The position numbers were made by a program, and so were the translations under genes. Below, one piece after another: positions 12,938 through 25,400 of a DNA stretch of 64,000 bases; within the stretch, counting starts at the first letter, position 1, and every line of letters begins with the position of its first letter. The notes below the pieces were generated by a model. The model made no database searches. It was given only the letters and a program-made list of their open reading frames with translations, and was not told the DNA's origin. Origin of the DNA: Balanoglossus misakiensis (Eukaryota; Animalia; Hemichordata); assembly GCA_040954595.2 (NCBI GenBank), contig CM082595.2:5544137-5608136 (forward strand), read 5' to 3'.

Positions 12938-15900
12938 TCAAGATATATATGCAAACTTTTAGTCTTATGTATCTGCCGATTTTTTCATGTATCAGCCTAC
13001 CAAGATTATACAGGTCTTAGACACCAATGACTTATCAGACTTCAAAAACAACAGAAGCATTGTCTAAATGTTGAGGTTTGACAAACTGCCAAATTGCTAT
13101 TGTTTGTCAAATAGCATTTCCAGTAAGTTCAAATGTTTTCAAAGACACTCCCAAATGCATAAATTTCATCAGTGCCTTACCTAAGCTAAAACTTGTGAAA
13201 ATAAACAAATATGACAGAAGGGGTGTGTCCACAATCTAACAATGCTAAGTGGGGAAGATTTACCAGAGGAGATTATTGCTATTAGCCCTGGGGATAGACA
13301 GAGGGTTATTTGTCAATTGGAAATATGCAATCATGGACCATAGTCCAAGTCAAGTTTATACTTAATTGCTCATTTTGGTCAAGTGTGATCATGTTTGAAT
13401 CCATAGATGGAGACCTTTGTTTAAATACACTTCTACTAGTAAGAGCCAATTTTGGTCACAGGCAGCAGGATATGAAAGTTGAGGGTAAGCAGTTTGGTGT
13501 CTAAATGTACGTAGCACATAGCATTGACAAAAACAAGAATACTGATATGTGTACTAATTGAAATTTACATCTAATCGCTCAGGAAATATTAATACCATGA
13601 CATAATCACACCACACACCAATTAAATGACTGCCCTGTTTGTGATGCAACAGCTTAAATCTGCATTTACGGTGATTAGATCAATACCCCTGACTTTTCAA
13701 AAAATCCATTAGAAACTTTGGTTCTCTGCCAAAAACACTTTGAACTACAGAATATGGACTGTGATCATTGAGTGTTGTGCCCTCAGTGGTGGACAACTGT
13801 AGAGGGAGCCAACACCTGGAAGGCCATACTGTGTGTGCATGAGTCGTCATAAATTGGTGGGAGGTTCTAGTTCCAGACTAAAAAAAATATCCAGGAAAAA
13901 AAATCATAGTTTTCAATATCTGGTGTACAACACTCTAATGTGGCAGAGCCTTAACCCTTTCATCCCTACTTTCCTGTATATTGGTCCAGCCCTCATTTCA
14001 AAGTTGCTCTTATCTGCGGGTTAAAATTCAACACCCACTGGTCAGTATTTCATGCCAACCAGTTCAACCTTCTTTTATTGGTATGGTCTTTTTTGGTCTC
14101 ACATAACAGGGACATTCTACAGTGCAGTTGTAATGAGGGGTGGGCATGCTGGTTTCTTAATATTAATTAGTATTATAGTTCTCAAGTCTTCAAAAATGAT
14201 CATAGGACTTAGGAGTGTGTTTTTGTATTGCCAGACTTCTTCCTGTTCAAGTGTCTTTGCAAACAAATGATCTGAATACTAACTTCCACCCAACCATGGA
14301 AGCAGTTTTAAACTAAAGTCATTTCAAACTTTCAACAATAAAATCTCTGGCAATCTAGTGCAATAAAATTGCATAATCCCGCAAACTAAAACCAGAACAT
14401 GCCCCAACTTAATATGATATTGCCTATCTCTTGTTGTAGCAACCGTTGCCATGGTGAGATATTTTGTAACATACATGTACATGTAGCGACACATGCTCGT
14501 ACATTTGTTAATATCAGTTGCTCTTTTGTTTGCTATTATTTTTTCAGTCCCTATTGTGTCAACCGGGGGGACAACAATAAAACTACAACAAAGGGCAGAA
14601 ATGACAATGCCTGCTTGAATGCTTAAAAATTTGCTGGTGAACGCTATGGTGACGCGCAGAAATGTTACTTGGTTGAAACCCATGCAGTGTTGAAGCCATT
14701 TTTCAGTTTCTGAGTTCCCAGCAGAGAATTTAACAAGCCGTGTTTAACAGGCTCTTTACCTGAAGGAATTTTGACACCACGTAATGACTATTAGGTTATG
14801 TAGACTGTACACACAACACAAGAACATGTCCCGTCATGATTTACTGGCCGGGTCACTCACCCTTGTTTGTCTCCATTTCCATTATTAACAAATTCACCCG
14901 ACGTAAAAATTCAAATAGTATTATTTCCAACGAAGAGAAGAGATGCACAAAAATTTTACAATCCCAGCGAGAGACTTTGCAAGATCCTACTAAATTTCAA
15001 AATGACAACACCACGCTTTTTGTTCCGATGAGAGACGCATGTCTGAACACGTCTGAGGATTACAATATTTTTTTGTAACGGTCATCCCATTGCAGCAGTT
15101 TCCATTTTCTCCAACAAACAATCAGTTGCGTTTGAAATAAAGTGGACCAACAGGTCTTCAGTGCTTGATCCTATTGTGAGACATCAGGTTATAACGTAAA
15201 CTGAATGCGATAGGCGTATTCTATCCCGATCGCTTCCCAAACAATGGCAGGCTGGCCCCAAGATCCAGACAGGCAGAGATATCCCACGTTTCATTAACTC
15301 CCCAGTCAATGCTAACAACGCAACCATGACTGACGCTTACGGCTGCCTAAGAAAAACAGGGGCCAAAAAGCCACATGTATAGCTTGTTTAGCCGGGCAGC
15401 AAAACTGGCAACTTGACTGACTTTTTCTGGTTCACCGATATCGGCCAATTGGTGTACAGCTACCATGTCTGCGACAACAACTGATAGCAAATATCATTAG
15501 CATTGGTGCATGCGATAACAATCATATGGAATGAAATTGCTTTCCTTTGATCCGTTCACACATATTTTCCCACGTATGGGTCCACGGAGCTGTATCATAT
15601 GGTGATAGAGCGAAACAGGTAACCAAGCTCTGGGTAAGATTGTAAGAACCATCCATCGATCAAGAAACTTGATAAATACTTTAAAACTTTTAAATGTGAT
15701 TTTAAAACCGGTTTTGTTCATATTTAGACCTCTCTAAAAGGAGAAGGGGTGCTGAGGTGGAGAAGGTGATTTATAACCATGAAAGTTGACACACTACATA
15801 CCACAGAACAGGGCAGATACTATGGTATCATAGAATAATATGACACCAATAAAATATGTTGTCTACAAACAATATCAACTAAAGAATGTTAATCTGCAAT

Positions 15901-18900
15901 TCATTGACCCTATCAAGTGCTCAAGAACAAAACTTTTACCACAATTATTCAAAACTTCTTCCAATGTATTTCTTTACAACTTGTGTCAAATTTTCTTCAG
16001 TCTAGGACTTTTTTTGTAATCTCAAACTAAGTCAAAATGTAAAATACACAGAAAATGTGTATGGTGTATTTTCATGCGATTGAACGTTACCTTCATATCG
16101 GGACACTGAATACAATATGTCTGCCCCCACTATGGTTGCTATGATGCTATCTCACCATGGTAACTGCTGTCAAGGTGATGGCTTTCTGTATACTATAAGG
16201 TTGATCATTGAACCAGCTCCAAGGCTGGGGGATACTATTGTGGTTTATACAGCATTGCTTTGCAGAGTTCAAGTACATTCAACAGTCTTTTATAAACTTA
16301 GTGAAGTATTTTTTCACTGAATTTCTCTAACTAAAATTGAAGTCGTTTTCAAATATATACTCAAATGCTATAGTTTTTTTCACCTATTCCTTTCCCTGGC
16401 TAGTATGTAAATACTTTGTCTCTAAAAGTTAGTAAACGTAGAATGAATATAAGTTGCTATTTTTACAAAAATACTATAAAAAATGATGTTAATGTTATGT
16501 AAAGGCATTGCAATTAATTTCACAAACAGCAAGTAGTTTGCAATCTTCTGTATTTTCACTTTCTCTCTGACTTCTGTGCTGCGCTCATAACATTTTTTCA
16601 CGAAATTTCGATTGCAGACAGAAGTGAACCACTTCTTTTGAAGTTCCAGTTGAAAGAGCCATTATCCTGACAACAGTCCCCTTTAAAATCTCACCCAATT
16701 CACACTGTGTTGAGTTCCAATTCTGATCTTAATTGGATTGGAACGAGACTCACAATTCAAAACGAGTGTCGTCACGAGATTCACAATTACCCCCTCTCTT
16801 GCCATTTTCTATGACTTCTTCAGTTTGGGGTTTACTTGGGGTGAGACCAGGTCATGTGATGTCAACGAGTTGCCAGGCAACAGTTGTGTATTCACACCCC
16901 TCACTTGCTCCACTGATGGTAGTATCGCTAAGCAAACAAAACACGCTCCTAATGTCACATCAGTGATATAAAGTGCAAGTTAACTTGATGAAAGTTGCAC
17001 AAAATCTTTTGATCTTTCGGCAAAATTCAATTAAAAAACAAACACAATGCACTGTTGGAATAGCTTAACTCTGATCTCAAGCTTTGCCTTTTAAAAAAGT
17101 TAGTATTTTGCTAGTATTATGACAGTCACATGGTACATGTACCCTGGTTAGGTGAAGCATATTAAAATCGTATGGATTTACATGAGTTAGACTAAATGAG
17201 TGTGCCATGTACGTCGGCATGGTGACGCACTTGTCTGTAACAATCACATGATGTCAATTGCTGCAGTACCTTGCGGTGCAATGAGAACTCCTCTTTAAGA
17301 GTGTAGCTGTCGTCTAGTATGCATGAGTAGTGTCTCTTGTGAACCTGTTGTTGGCCAACAGGGCAGTCAGAAACATTATCCAGTGCCTTTCAGTCCGTCA
17401 ATACAATACAATACATTAGATTTCTTCCCTTTATGTAGCAAACAGACAAATGTTCAGTATATACTGTTTTTTATTACATTGACAATTAATTAAGAGAGAT
17501 GAAATCTTCAAAATGACAGATGCTGAAAATCTGTAGAAAAATAATGGAATGGTAAGATACTACAAATTAGTGTGTGTTTGGAATCTTGCAAGCTCTAGGA
17601 ATTGACGTCTGCATCCAATCATTCAGCATCACTTAAAAACCAGTCCACCTGGTACATCATTTATTTATCCCACCCATGGTTAGTATCAATGTTCATGGAC
17701 CTGTCACATATTTTGTACAGTTTAGAACTAAAGCACTGCTTATTTTAGGTCAGGAAACTGAGTTCATGGTATACCGATAATCACTGCCCTTTATGAGAAG
17801 TGATCGAAATCGATAACAAATCAATCAGCATGTCCGACAGAACAATTACAATTTAAATGTTTCTTTCCTTCTCTTTTATCTGCTCATGATTTCTTTATGT
17901 TTGTGTGCCAACAAATCAATTTGGCACTAAGAGGCAATTGTCTGTCGGGAAGTCAGCCATTTTGTCTGGACTGACTCTGCAGTTTGTCACAGGTTCAAGT
18001 GCACTGGGCTGGGTTGATCTCTAAATTATATTTGTATATAGTAAGGAAGCAATGTTCATCCACAATTAAATATCACCATGACAACAGCCAATCGCATCTG
18101 AGGAAATTGCTCCAAGTCTCACTTTCAATTGTTCGTTCAAAGCTCATCTTTTTTATCATTGTCTACTAGCACAGGAAAGTCAAGTGAGCAGACTTTATTT
18201 TAACAATGCAAACTTTCTGACGTTTATTCAATTTCTTAGCAACATAAAAATGTCAGATCCACAGTTTGTGTTTCAGTGGGGACAAGAGAATAAATCATTA
18301 TCTAAAATTTATATTTATCAGTGTTTCTGAGTGTCCTTCACCGTTGTCATTATCAAATTGGTCAGTTGATCTTAATATTAACAAGAGATACATTTCTCAC
18401 AGAGGTTTATCGAAAATACACCTGACTAATACAATAATATTACTAATAACACCAACTTCTCTTTTTTTCATTTTCCAATAAAAAGTAAGATTTGAAACAT
18501 ATTCTCTTGCTAATACTACTTTTAAGCTCTTAAGGTGGTTGATACCAACTTCTTTGTTAGTTTTTTCAAGCCTGTATTAAACAACATTAAGTTCTATTTA
18601 CATATGAAAAGACCAATCAATTTGGTTGAGTACTTTTAATTTGGTACCAAAATGTCTGCACTACTATGTTCAAAAATATTTGTTTTCCAAGGCTAGATTC
18701 GCCTGAAGTTCAATTAATTATATTTTATATGAAATAAAAATCATTAAGAAATTTTGTTAAATTTAACATCAATGATCAACTACATGAATGGAGAAAACTG
18801 CACTTTGCCTTGCATACAAACTTGTAAAAATGTTTCCTGCAGATAAAAAGACATCTTTTGTCTGATGACAGCCAAATCTTTATTGAGACCACACATCACT

Positions 18901-20088
18901 TCACAAGAATAGTTTATGTATTCAAGGAAATAATGACTATAGAAGTGACAAATTTAAAAATGGCAGCACGCTTCAGTCTGATTTCTACAGCAATTTGTAT
19001 AATGTAATTTTCTCCTCCTATACTATAGCAGATAGCGTAGAAATTGTTTATAATGAGTTTAGTACATGACAATAGCATCCATAGAAGGCACTTAAAACTG
19101 TTTTCAGTTGCCGGACAAAGAAATCAATAACTGGGTTTTGTTGGAAGGTATCTCGGAAAGACAACAGAAATATTGACAGACTTCACGTGTTGGCGTGCCT
19201 AACACTGTCAGTGACTGGGTTTTAATCGATTGTAGTGTTAAACACTGCCACGGTGGTACCAGCCAAGTTGGTCGCGAGCCAAGGATGCCAGCTGACGAAG
19301 AATGCCAGGCTCGGCGAATCTCTCTGCAGCTCTTGGGGAGACTTCAGTTAGGGACCCTGCCCTGCGATCACTTGTTTTGCGGTCTTTTGTGTGGAATAAA
19401 GACCGCGGTCCAACATGAATGTGCCTTTACAATGGTGTTTATAAACACTCCCAATCCCAATCATCCAGTATTGTGCATTCAACACTTTCAGCACAGTACA
19501 CCTCTTGGTGATACTTTGAAATTTCACAGAATTATTATTTTGAATTTATATTATTGAACTGTGTTGAAATCATAAAATAACATTGAGGCCACTGCAGACA
19601 ATTTGAAATATGAAATAACAGAAACATAATTTTTGCAAATTTTTAATCAATTAACCCACCTGTTACAGAGCCTTTAATTTGTTGGTTGTTTAAAAATTAA
19701 ATGCACTATTTCTTAACCAACTGGTATAGGGACATGATGACAATTTATACAATATATATAATTACTGGTACATTCGAGTCTGGGACTGCTGTGGCCAGGT
19801 GCATACAGACAGGTCTGCAAAATTTTAGTTGTATGTTTCAAGTTACATATCATACTGCAGCGATACCAGTACTCTAAGGTAAACACGCTTCTTTGTCAGT
19901 TGAGATTTTATCAGTGGATTCAGACACGGATGTGTAATTTGTACCCGACGCTCAAACACCAACAGATAATCTCAGCACCCGTTATTGCATAGATCATATA
20001 TTCCTACAAGGTCAGCGTTGTTAAACTTCAACAGTGCAAGATACATTTGCTGATGGAAAATGCGAGTCTTAATTATCTAGTTTCCCAC

Positions 20089-20329
20089 CTCTGTCTCCTC
20101 TTCTTTTGCCGGGATAACCGGATCCAATTCTTCCGTGTCCGAAGTCACCTGGAATTCGACCGGTTCAGGTACCTCGGGGTCCTCTACCTGCTCGGGCTGT
20201 TCGGACTGCTCTGTTTGCGTGGTTGCCGGGTCCTCGACTGTGTCCCTACCTTCCGTGACTTGTTCTTGGCTTTCGTCCTTCCCGGTCCCATCCATGTCCA
20301 TTATTACATGTGCCTTTCGGTTCCGGACA
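20089..20329 (-). CDS. Acidic coding exon, probably an alternative N-terminal exon of rootletin
   Basis: Acceptor CCCCCCCCCTGTCAG at 20330, donor GAG|GTGGGA at 20088. The frame is open across the whole exon (phase 2 in, phase 0 out), with an ATG at 20301 giving MDMDGTGKDESQEQVTEG...EEETE. Composition is E/D/P/Q-rich and coding-like. Assignment to CROCC is inference from strand, position and phase. Confidence 0.6.
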
Positions 20330-22057
20330 CTGACAGGGGGGGGGTCAGCTCTTTAAATCTGCGAGTCTCACTCCGGTCCAATGGGGTCGGCGTATTTGAC
20401 ACTGACGTGTGTGTGTCAACATGTCATTCAACCGACGCTGGCGCCTTGCCAACAATCCGTTATCGTGCATTACAGCTACCTAAGAAACCACGTAAGCCTC
20501 TGTTTTATGCGTTGAGGACATTTTTTCTTTAGAGACGTCTGTATTCCCCGGCATACAAGGGGTGCAAATCAGCGAAGACAATAACATAATCAACTAGACC
20601 CCCAACACCTGAATACTACACCCCAATTAATTTTTATTAGCGTTACCCATGACTGGTTCAGTCTACACACATTCAACACCTCCAGTTGCAGAGTGCCACT
20701 TTTGTTTGCTTTTCATGTCAGTCGAGTTTCAAGCTGTCAATTTTTTTCTTCAAGTCGACTCTGACATTGCAAGAGCTGTCGAATGTCTTAATTTCAAGAC
20801 TGCGACTATACACACTGAAGTGATTTACCTTGATTCACCATGATACGCAGAACAACCAGGCAAAAATCTAGCAGAATAAGAAAAACTTAAATGTGGTCGA
20901 GACTCCACTATGATGAATATGCGGTCAATTCCGGCATAATTTATCACACAACCAACAAGGTCACATCGAACAATCTGGTTCATTTTGGAGATAACTGTCT
21001 GTTTACCAGTTTACCGAATAACTATGGCCTTTAACAGATAACAATGATATTGTCCTAGTGCACACAAAAGGGATCTACAGACCAGTTTCCGTGGCAACAT
21101 CAATGGTTTGAATACCTATGGACGCATTCCAAGTATGGTGCGTGCACTGTCAGGGGGAAAAGCGGCGAAAAAATATGCAATGGGAGACTCTTGACATTGT
21201 TTCTAGAGAATTTATTGTTGTCTACAGATTGGTCAGTGGGTAAGCTGAAGGCGGTACCTATGCAAGGAACATTACAACAGAGGTATTCTGATTTTAAAAA
21301 CGCCAAACAAAAGAATTCACAGGTATTCAAATCTGTTGCACTTCTGCACGATAACGTTGACAGTTCCCAATTTCAGTCATTTTTACTAAAACGTCCTTGC
21401 TAAACTTGGACAAGTGTTTTTTGTCCGTTATTTTACGGGTGCATCAAATCAAGTCAATTCTGTACGCCCACTTGGCCTTTGATCCTGTAGTAGAGCGTCC
21501 CTTTAAAATTCCTGAGCCCTACGCTCGTCAAATCACTGCCAGGGGAAAGAGAAACCTCCCTTGTTGAAGTATTATCTCGGGGAAACATGAGCTAAAAACA
21601 CAGAGTAATTTACAGTAAATACAGAGCGTGTAATCTTATTGTTTCGTTATACTAGTAGATGTCCAGGTACCAAGTGGTTGCCTGGTATGTATTATTTTGC
21701 ACTGATCAGATCAACTATTATGTTACGCGTCCAATATCGCAAGGATCGCAACGCGCATTACGGCCAGCATCGCGCGGCATTCGCAGCGGGTGACACTCGC
21801 TTGTCGAAGATAAAGAGGATAGGATATTTCTGTGGTTTTGAAGAGAGAGATATGTGAGCTTTGATGACTGAAAACGATATTCTTGTGTGCGTGTTTGCGT
21901 GTGTACAGTGACAGTCAGACCCTCCTACGATTACCAAACGGATCACTGAAATCGACAACGGATCCGTTTCCTTGGTAATTGTAAACGCACCGGCGATCTG
22001 TGGAAATAATGGTGATCGAGGTTAATTTACCTTACGAGGACAAATGTAGAGTATTAC

Positions 22058-22467
22058 CTGTTTATCGACAAACGTCTCTACCGGTGGCCTTCGACAAAAT
22101 ACCGACCACGAAGCAACAGCCAAGTCCCCTTCAATAGAGTGCTGGCCAAAGCTCGTTTCGAGTTTTTCGAGTAGTTAGTTGATTGAACTTACTTTCTGGC
22201 GCATGCGTTCTATAAGGCGCCTTCTGATTGGCCGAAGTTAGAAATTAAACACAAAGACCAAAGGCACAGCGGGAATATATAGGTCAAATTGTCCGAAAGA
22301 ATTTATAGTTCTGTTCTTGAGATTGATAACGAAGACAGCAGTAAACAAATTTAGCAATATAAGGGTTATATTTATGTTCTTAATTATAGTGACCTTCAGT
22401 GACCGTACGTATTGACCAATCATAAATTACTTTACGGATGCAGTTCGAACTTGAATGAAAATGGCGG
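22058..22467. promoter_or_regulatory. Bidirectional promoter shared by PEX2 (+) and a minus-strand non-coding first exon
   Basis: CpG-rich stretch with NRF1-like GCGCATGCG 22199-22207, CCAAT boxes on opposite strands (ATTGG 22227-22231, CCAAT 22416-22420), YY1-type AAAATGGCGG over the PEX2 ATG, and a minus-strand donor CAG|GTAATA at 22058/22057. Confidence 0.55.
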
Positions 22468-25400
22468 ACGACGATGGAGCAGACCAAGTTGTTCTCAGAG
22501 TGAGCCAGGTCAGTAAGCTTCATTTATTTACGCATAATCACCTCACTTCTACTAATTTGCCTCACAGAATGAATTATACCAGGAAAATCTCTTCATAATG
22601 TACTGTCTGTTGCGGCGAGCGTCCTCTGTTCAAACACATGTGGGCGGCAACCCGGAAGAACGCGACCACGCGTACGTTAGTGAAACATGATCCATCATTA
22701 CATGCACCTCGAAATGCGTACGCATCCTTTTGCTGTAGTTTTTTTCTGGAACGACCATACCCAGATTGAGTTACGCTTTGGCAATTGGAAGGCCGAAGCG
22801 ATTCACTACCACGGCTCATGTGCAGTGTTACGCACCAAGCTCAGTCCCCCATCCACTCAATCAAATTGAACCACGCAGTCATGTTCCGTGTTCGATTTCA
22901 TTTCATTGACGAAATGAACAAGTTTATTCTTCACGTAGCCATCGAACGTTCAATTTTACATATCATATTTCATACCTGCAATTTCATCTGTTTCAAAAAG
23001 TACTTCTTCCACGTGTGTTTACGATCAATAAACAAAGATGCAGAAACTATTTTATGTACCAGACTCTGTCCATGCAACAGTGAATTCTGGGCTAATTAAG
23101 GCATATTATACTAGCCAATCATGTATCATGTTCATTGCCATGTGACTGGAACTCTCGCTTCTGCAACGGGAGGGGGGGGGGGGGTGTCAGCTCAGGTGTA
23201 TTCACTAGTGGTGATGATTTTTGATATTTCCAGTTTGTAAAAATTATATTTCATGACCATTATTGTCATACACATCCTCAGACTGTTGATTATGTTTTTG
23301 TTCATATCCTGGTCTGGAATATTGGCTTCCTGTGATTGTGGTACTGCGCTCACTCATAACACTCGATCTCAGCTCTGCTTCATTTCTGACCGCCATTTGG
23401 ATTGTTTCTAAATCATTCTTTCTATTTGTGGCTGTACCGTTTAACTTCCCCAGAAAACACAATACCGTAATAAAAACAGCATTTAACATTATTAGAAACA
23501 CATCCCACCTTCACACAATCTGACCCGCCCCCACCAGATAATGGTACAGTCAAAGTGATATTAAGTCCACTAATTATATATCCAGGTTAAAATTAAGCCT
23601 TATTTTTATGGCAATAATTATCAATAAAACTAATTTACACTCTCTTGAAACCATATTTAATACATTCACTTTTTTCTCAACACATATTTTGCACCAGATA
23701 AAATCAATTGCATGTGATCTTTTCAAGGGGTATTGGTATTGACTTAACATTTTGCATATTATTTTTTAATAATAGCTTGATGCAACAGAGTTAGATGATG
23801 AATTGCTGCATTTGTTGAAGAACCAGTTTACAAGAGCATTCCAGTTTTTCAAGGTATTTATTATGTTTAATTGTCCAGACTAAAAAAAATCAGCATCAGC
23901 AATAACATTTCAACTGTGATAATTTATGAATACTGTGCATTTCAACATGTACTTATAGGGAGAAGAACAAGATACACAGAATGAAAATAATTTCTTTATT
24001 CTTTTTTTTTTCTTCATTACTTCCCTTGTGATATCTTATTTCTCTTTGCAGCCAGGTGTCCTGACCAAGGTGGAACCAGAATTAAATGCAGCACTGAGAC
24101 TTCTTATATGGAGGGTAAGTTTCAAGCTCAACTTGCTATAACCATGGAGCTACCACAGATAGCTCCATGTTAATGGGTTCTTTCATTCTAACTGTTTTAT
24201 CACCATAGTTTTGTATGTGTAGTGAAACCTATTTAAACCGGACCGCAAAAAGACTGAGGAAATGTTTCAGTTTTAAAGGTGTCCGGTTTAGAAAGGTTCT
24301 TTTAACATGTGGTTCTGTGTGAAAGGGACTTGAAAATGTGTTTGGTATAGACAGGTTTCCCAAGGGCATTAAAAGTATAAGTTCACATGAATAATGCTTG
24401 GATCTGCTTATTTTGCAAGTCATAATTTGGAGGCAGAACATATTGTCATATAAAGCAACCTGAATGTCCATTCCGTGGCCTGTAGATTTCTTTGGCAGTC
24501 ACTGTGATCCTGAGACACCCCTGAACATCACAGTTACAGAACACCGTCAGTCTCCAAGTAAAGCTTGACTGTGTATTGTCTCCAGCTTGTAATTAGCAAA
24601 GCTCTCGTCAGCCTAATTAATGGAATATTATCCAATCTTAATCCACCCTTTGACAATATTAATCCATAAGCTAACACTGTAACAGGATGCCACGAAACAG
24701 AAATGTTGGTACCATTTAAAATGTAAGAGGCCTTGCAAGTCTGTTTCTTTGTATCAGCTCCTAAGATCTCAATGGTAATATCTACCAGGTATTCTGTAAT
24801 GTCGGGGTTTACGTTGTTGTATTGACAGGAGATATAGATGGACAGCTAATCAGCAAATGAAAGCAAATATGATATTTTCATTTCATCGTTAGCCAGATAC
24901 ATGTACATGTACATGTTGGCACTTTGCCACTCCCAGCTTAGTCAAACTGCTGTCAGAGATGGTATGATCATTTTCTGCATAGCAACACCAGTTTCAACAT
25001 TTATCACTAATTACTAAACGATCTCTCTGTTTGACTGTCAGCATTGCTATGTGCATATTGTTGGTCAGGTGTCCAGGTTCCAAACATCTATGTCGTACAT
25101 GTCAAACTAACCTATTTTTCACAGTCATAGTGTAGTATACATGTATGTTGGTTACTCTAAGCATGTACATTTCATTCTGAAATGGACATGTGTAACTGGC
25201 AAGTGCAGACCAATTTTTTCCCTGTACATGTATTTTCAATTTAAAAGTAGAATTTTATCTTTGGGCTTCTATTGGAAAAGGACGAGGCCTGTTTAGCTGT
25301 TACCTTCAAGGGGGGGGGGGGGGGGTATCAAACACAGATTCCTTGTTCTGTCTTATATCATATCACAGAGCCTGTGAGTGTGACACAGGTGTTTTTCTTC

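Noticed and set aside
18529-19095. Possible additional TTAA-bounded element (similar AT-rich stretches near 27.5, 28.2-28.6, 31.3-31.8 and 48.4-48.8 kb)
   Set aside because: Termini too degenerate to define boundaries by eye. Needs a repeat-library search.
20047-20532. 161-aa plus-strand ORF
   Set aside because: Antisense shadow of the acidic minus-strand exon 20329-20089.
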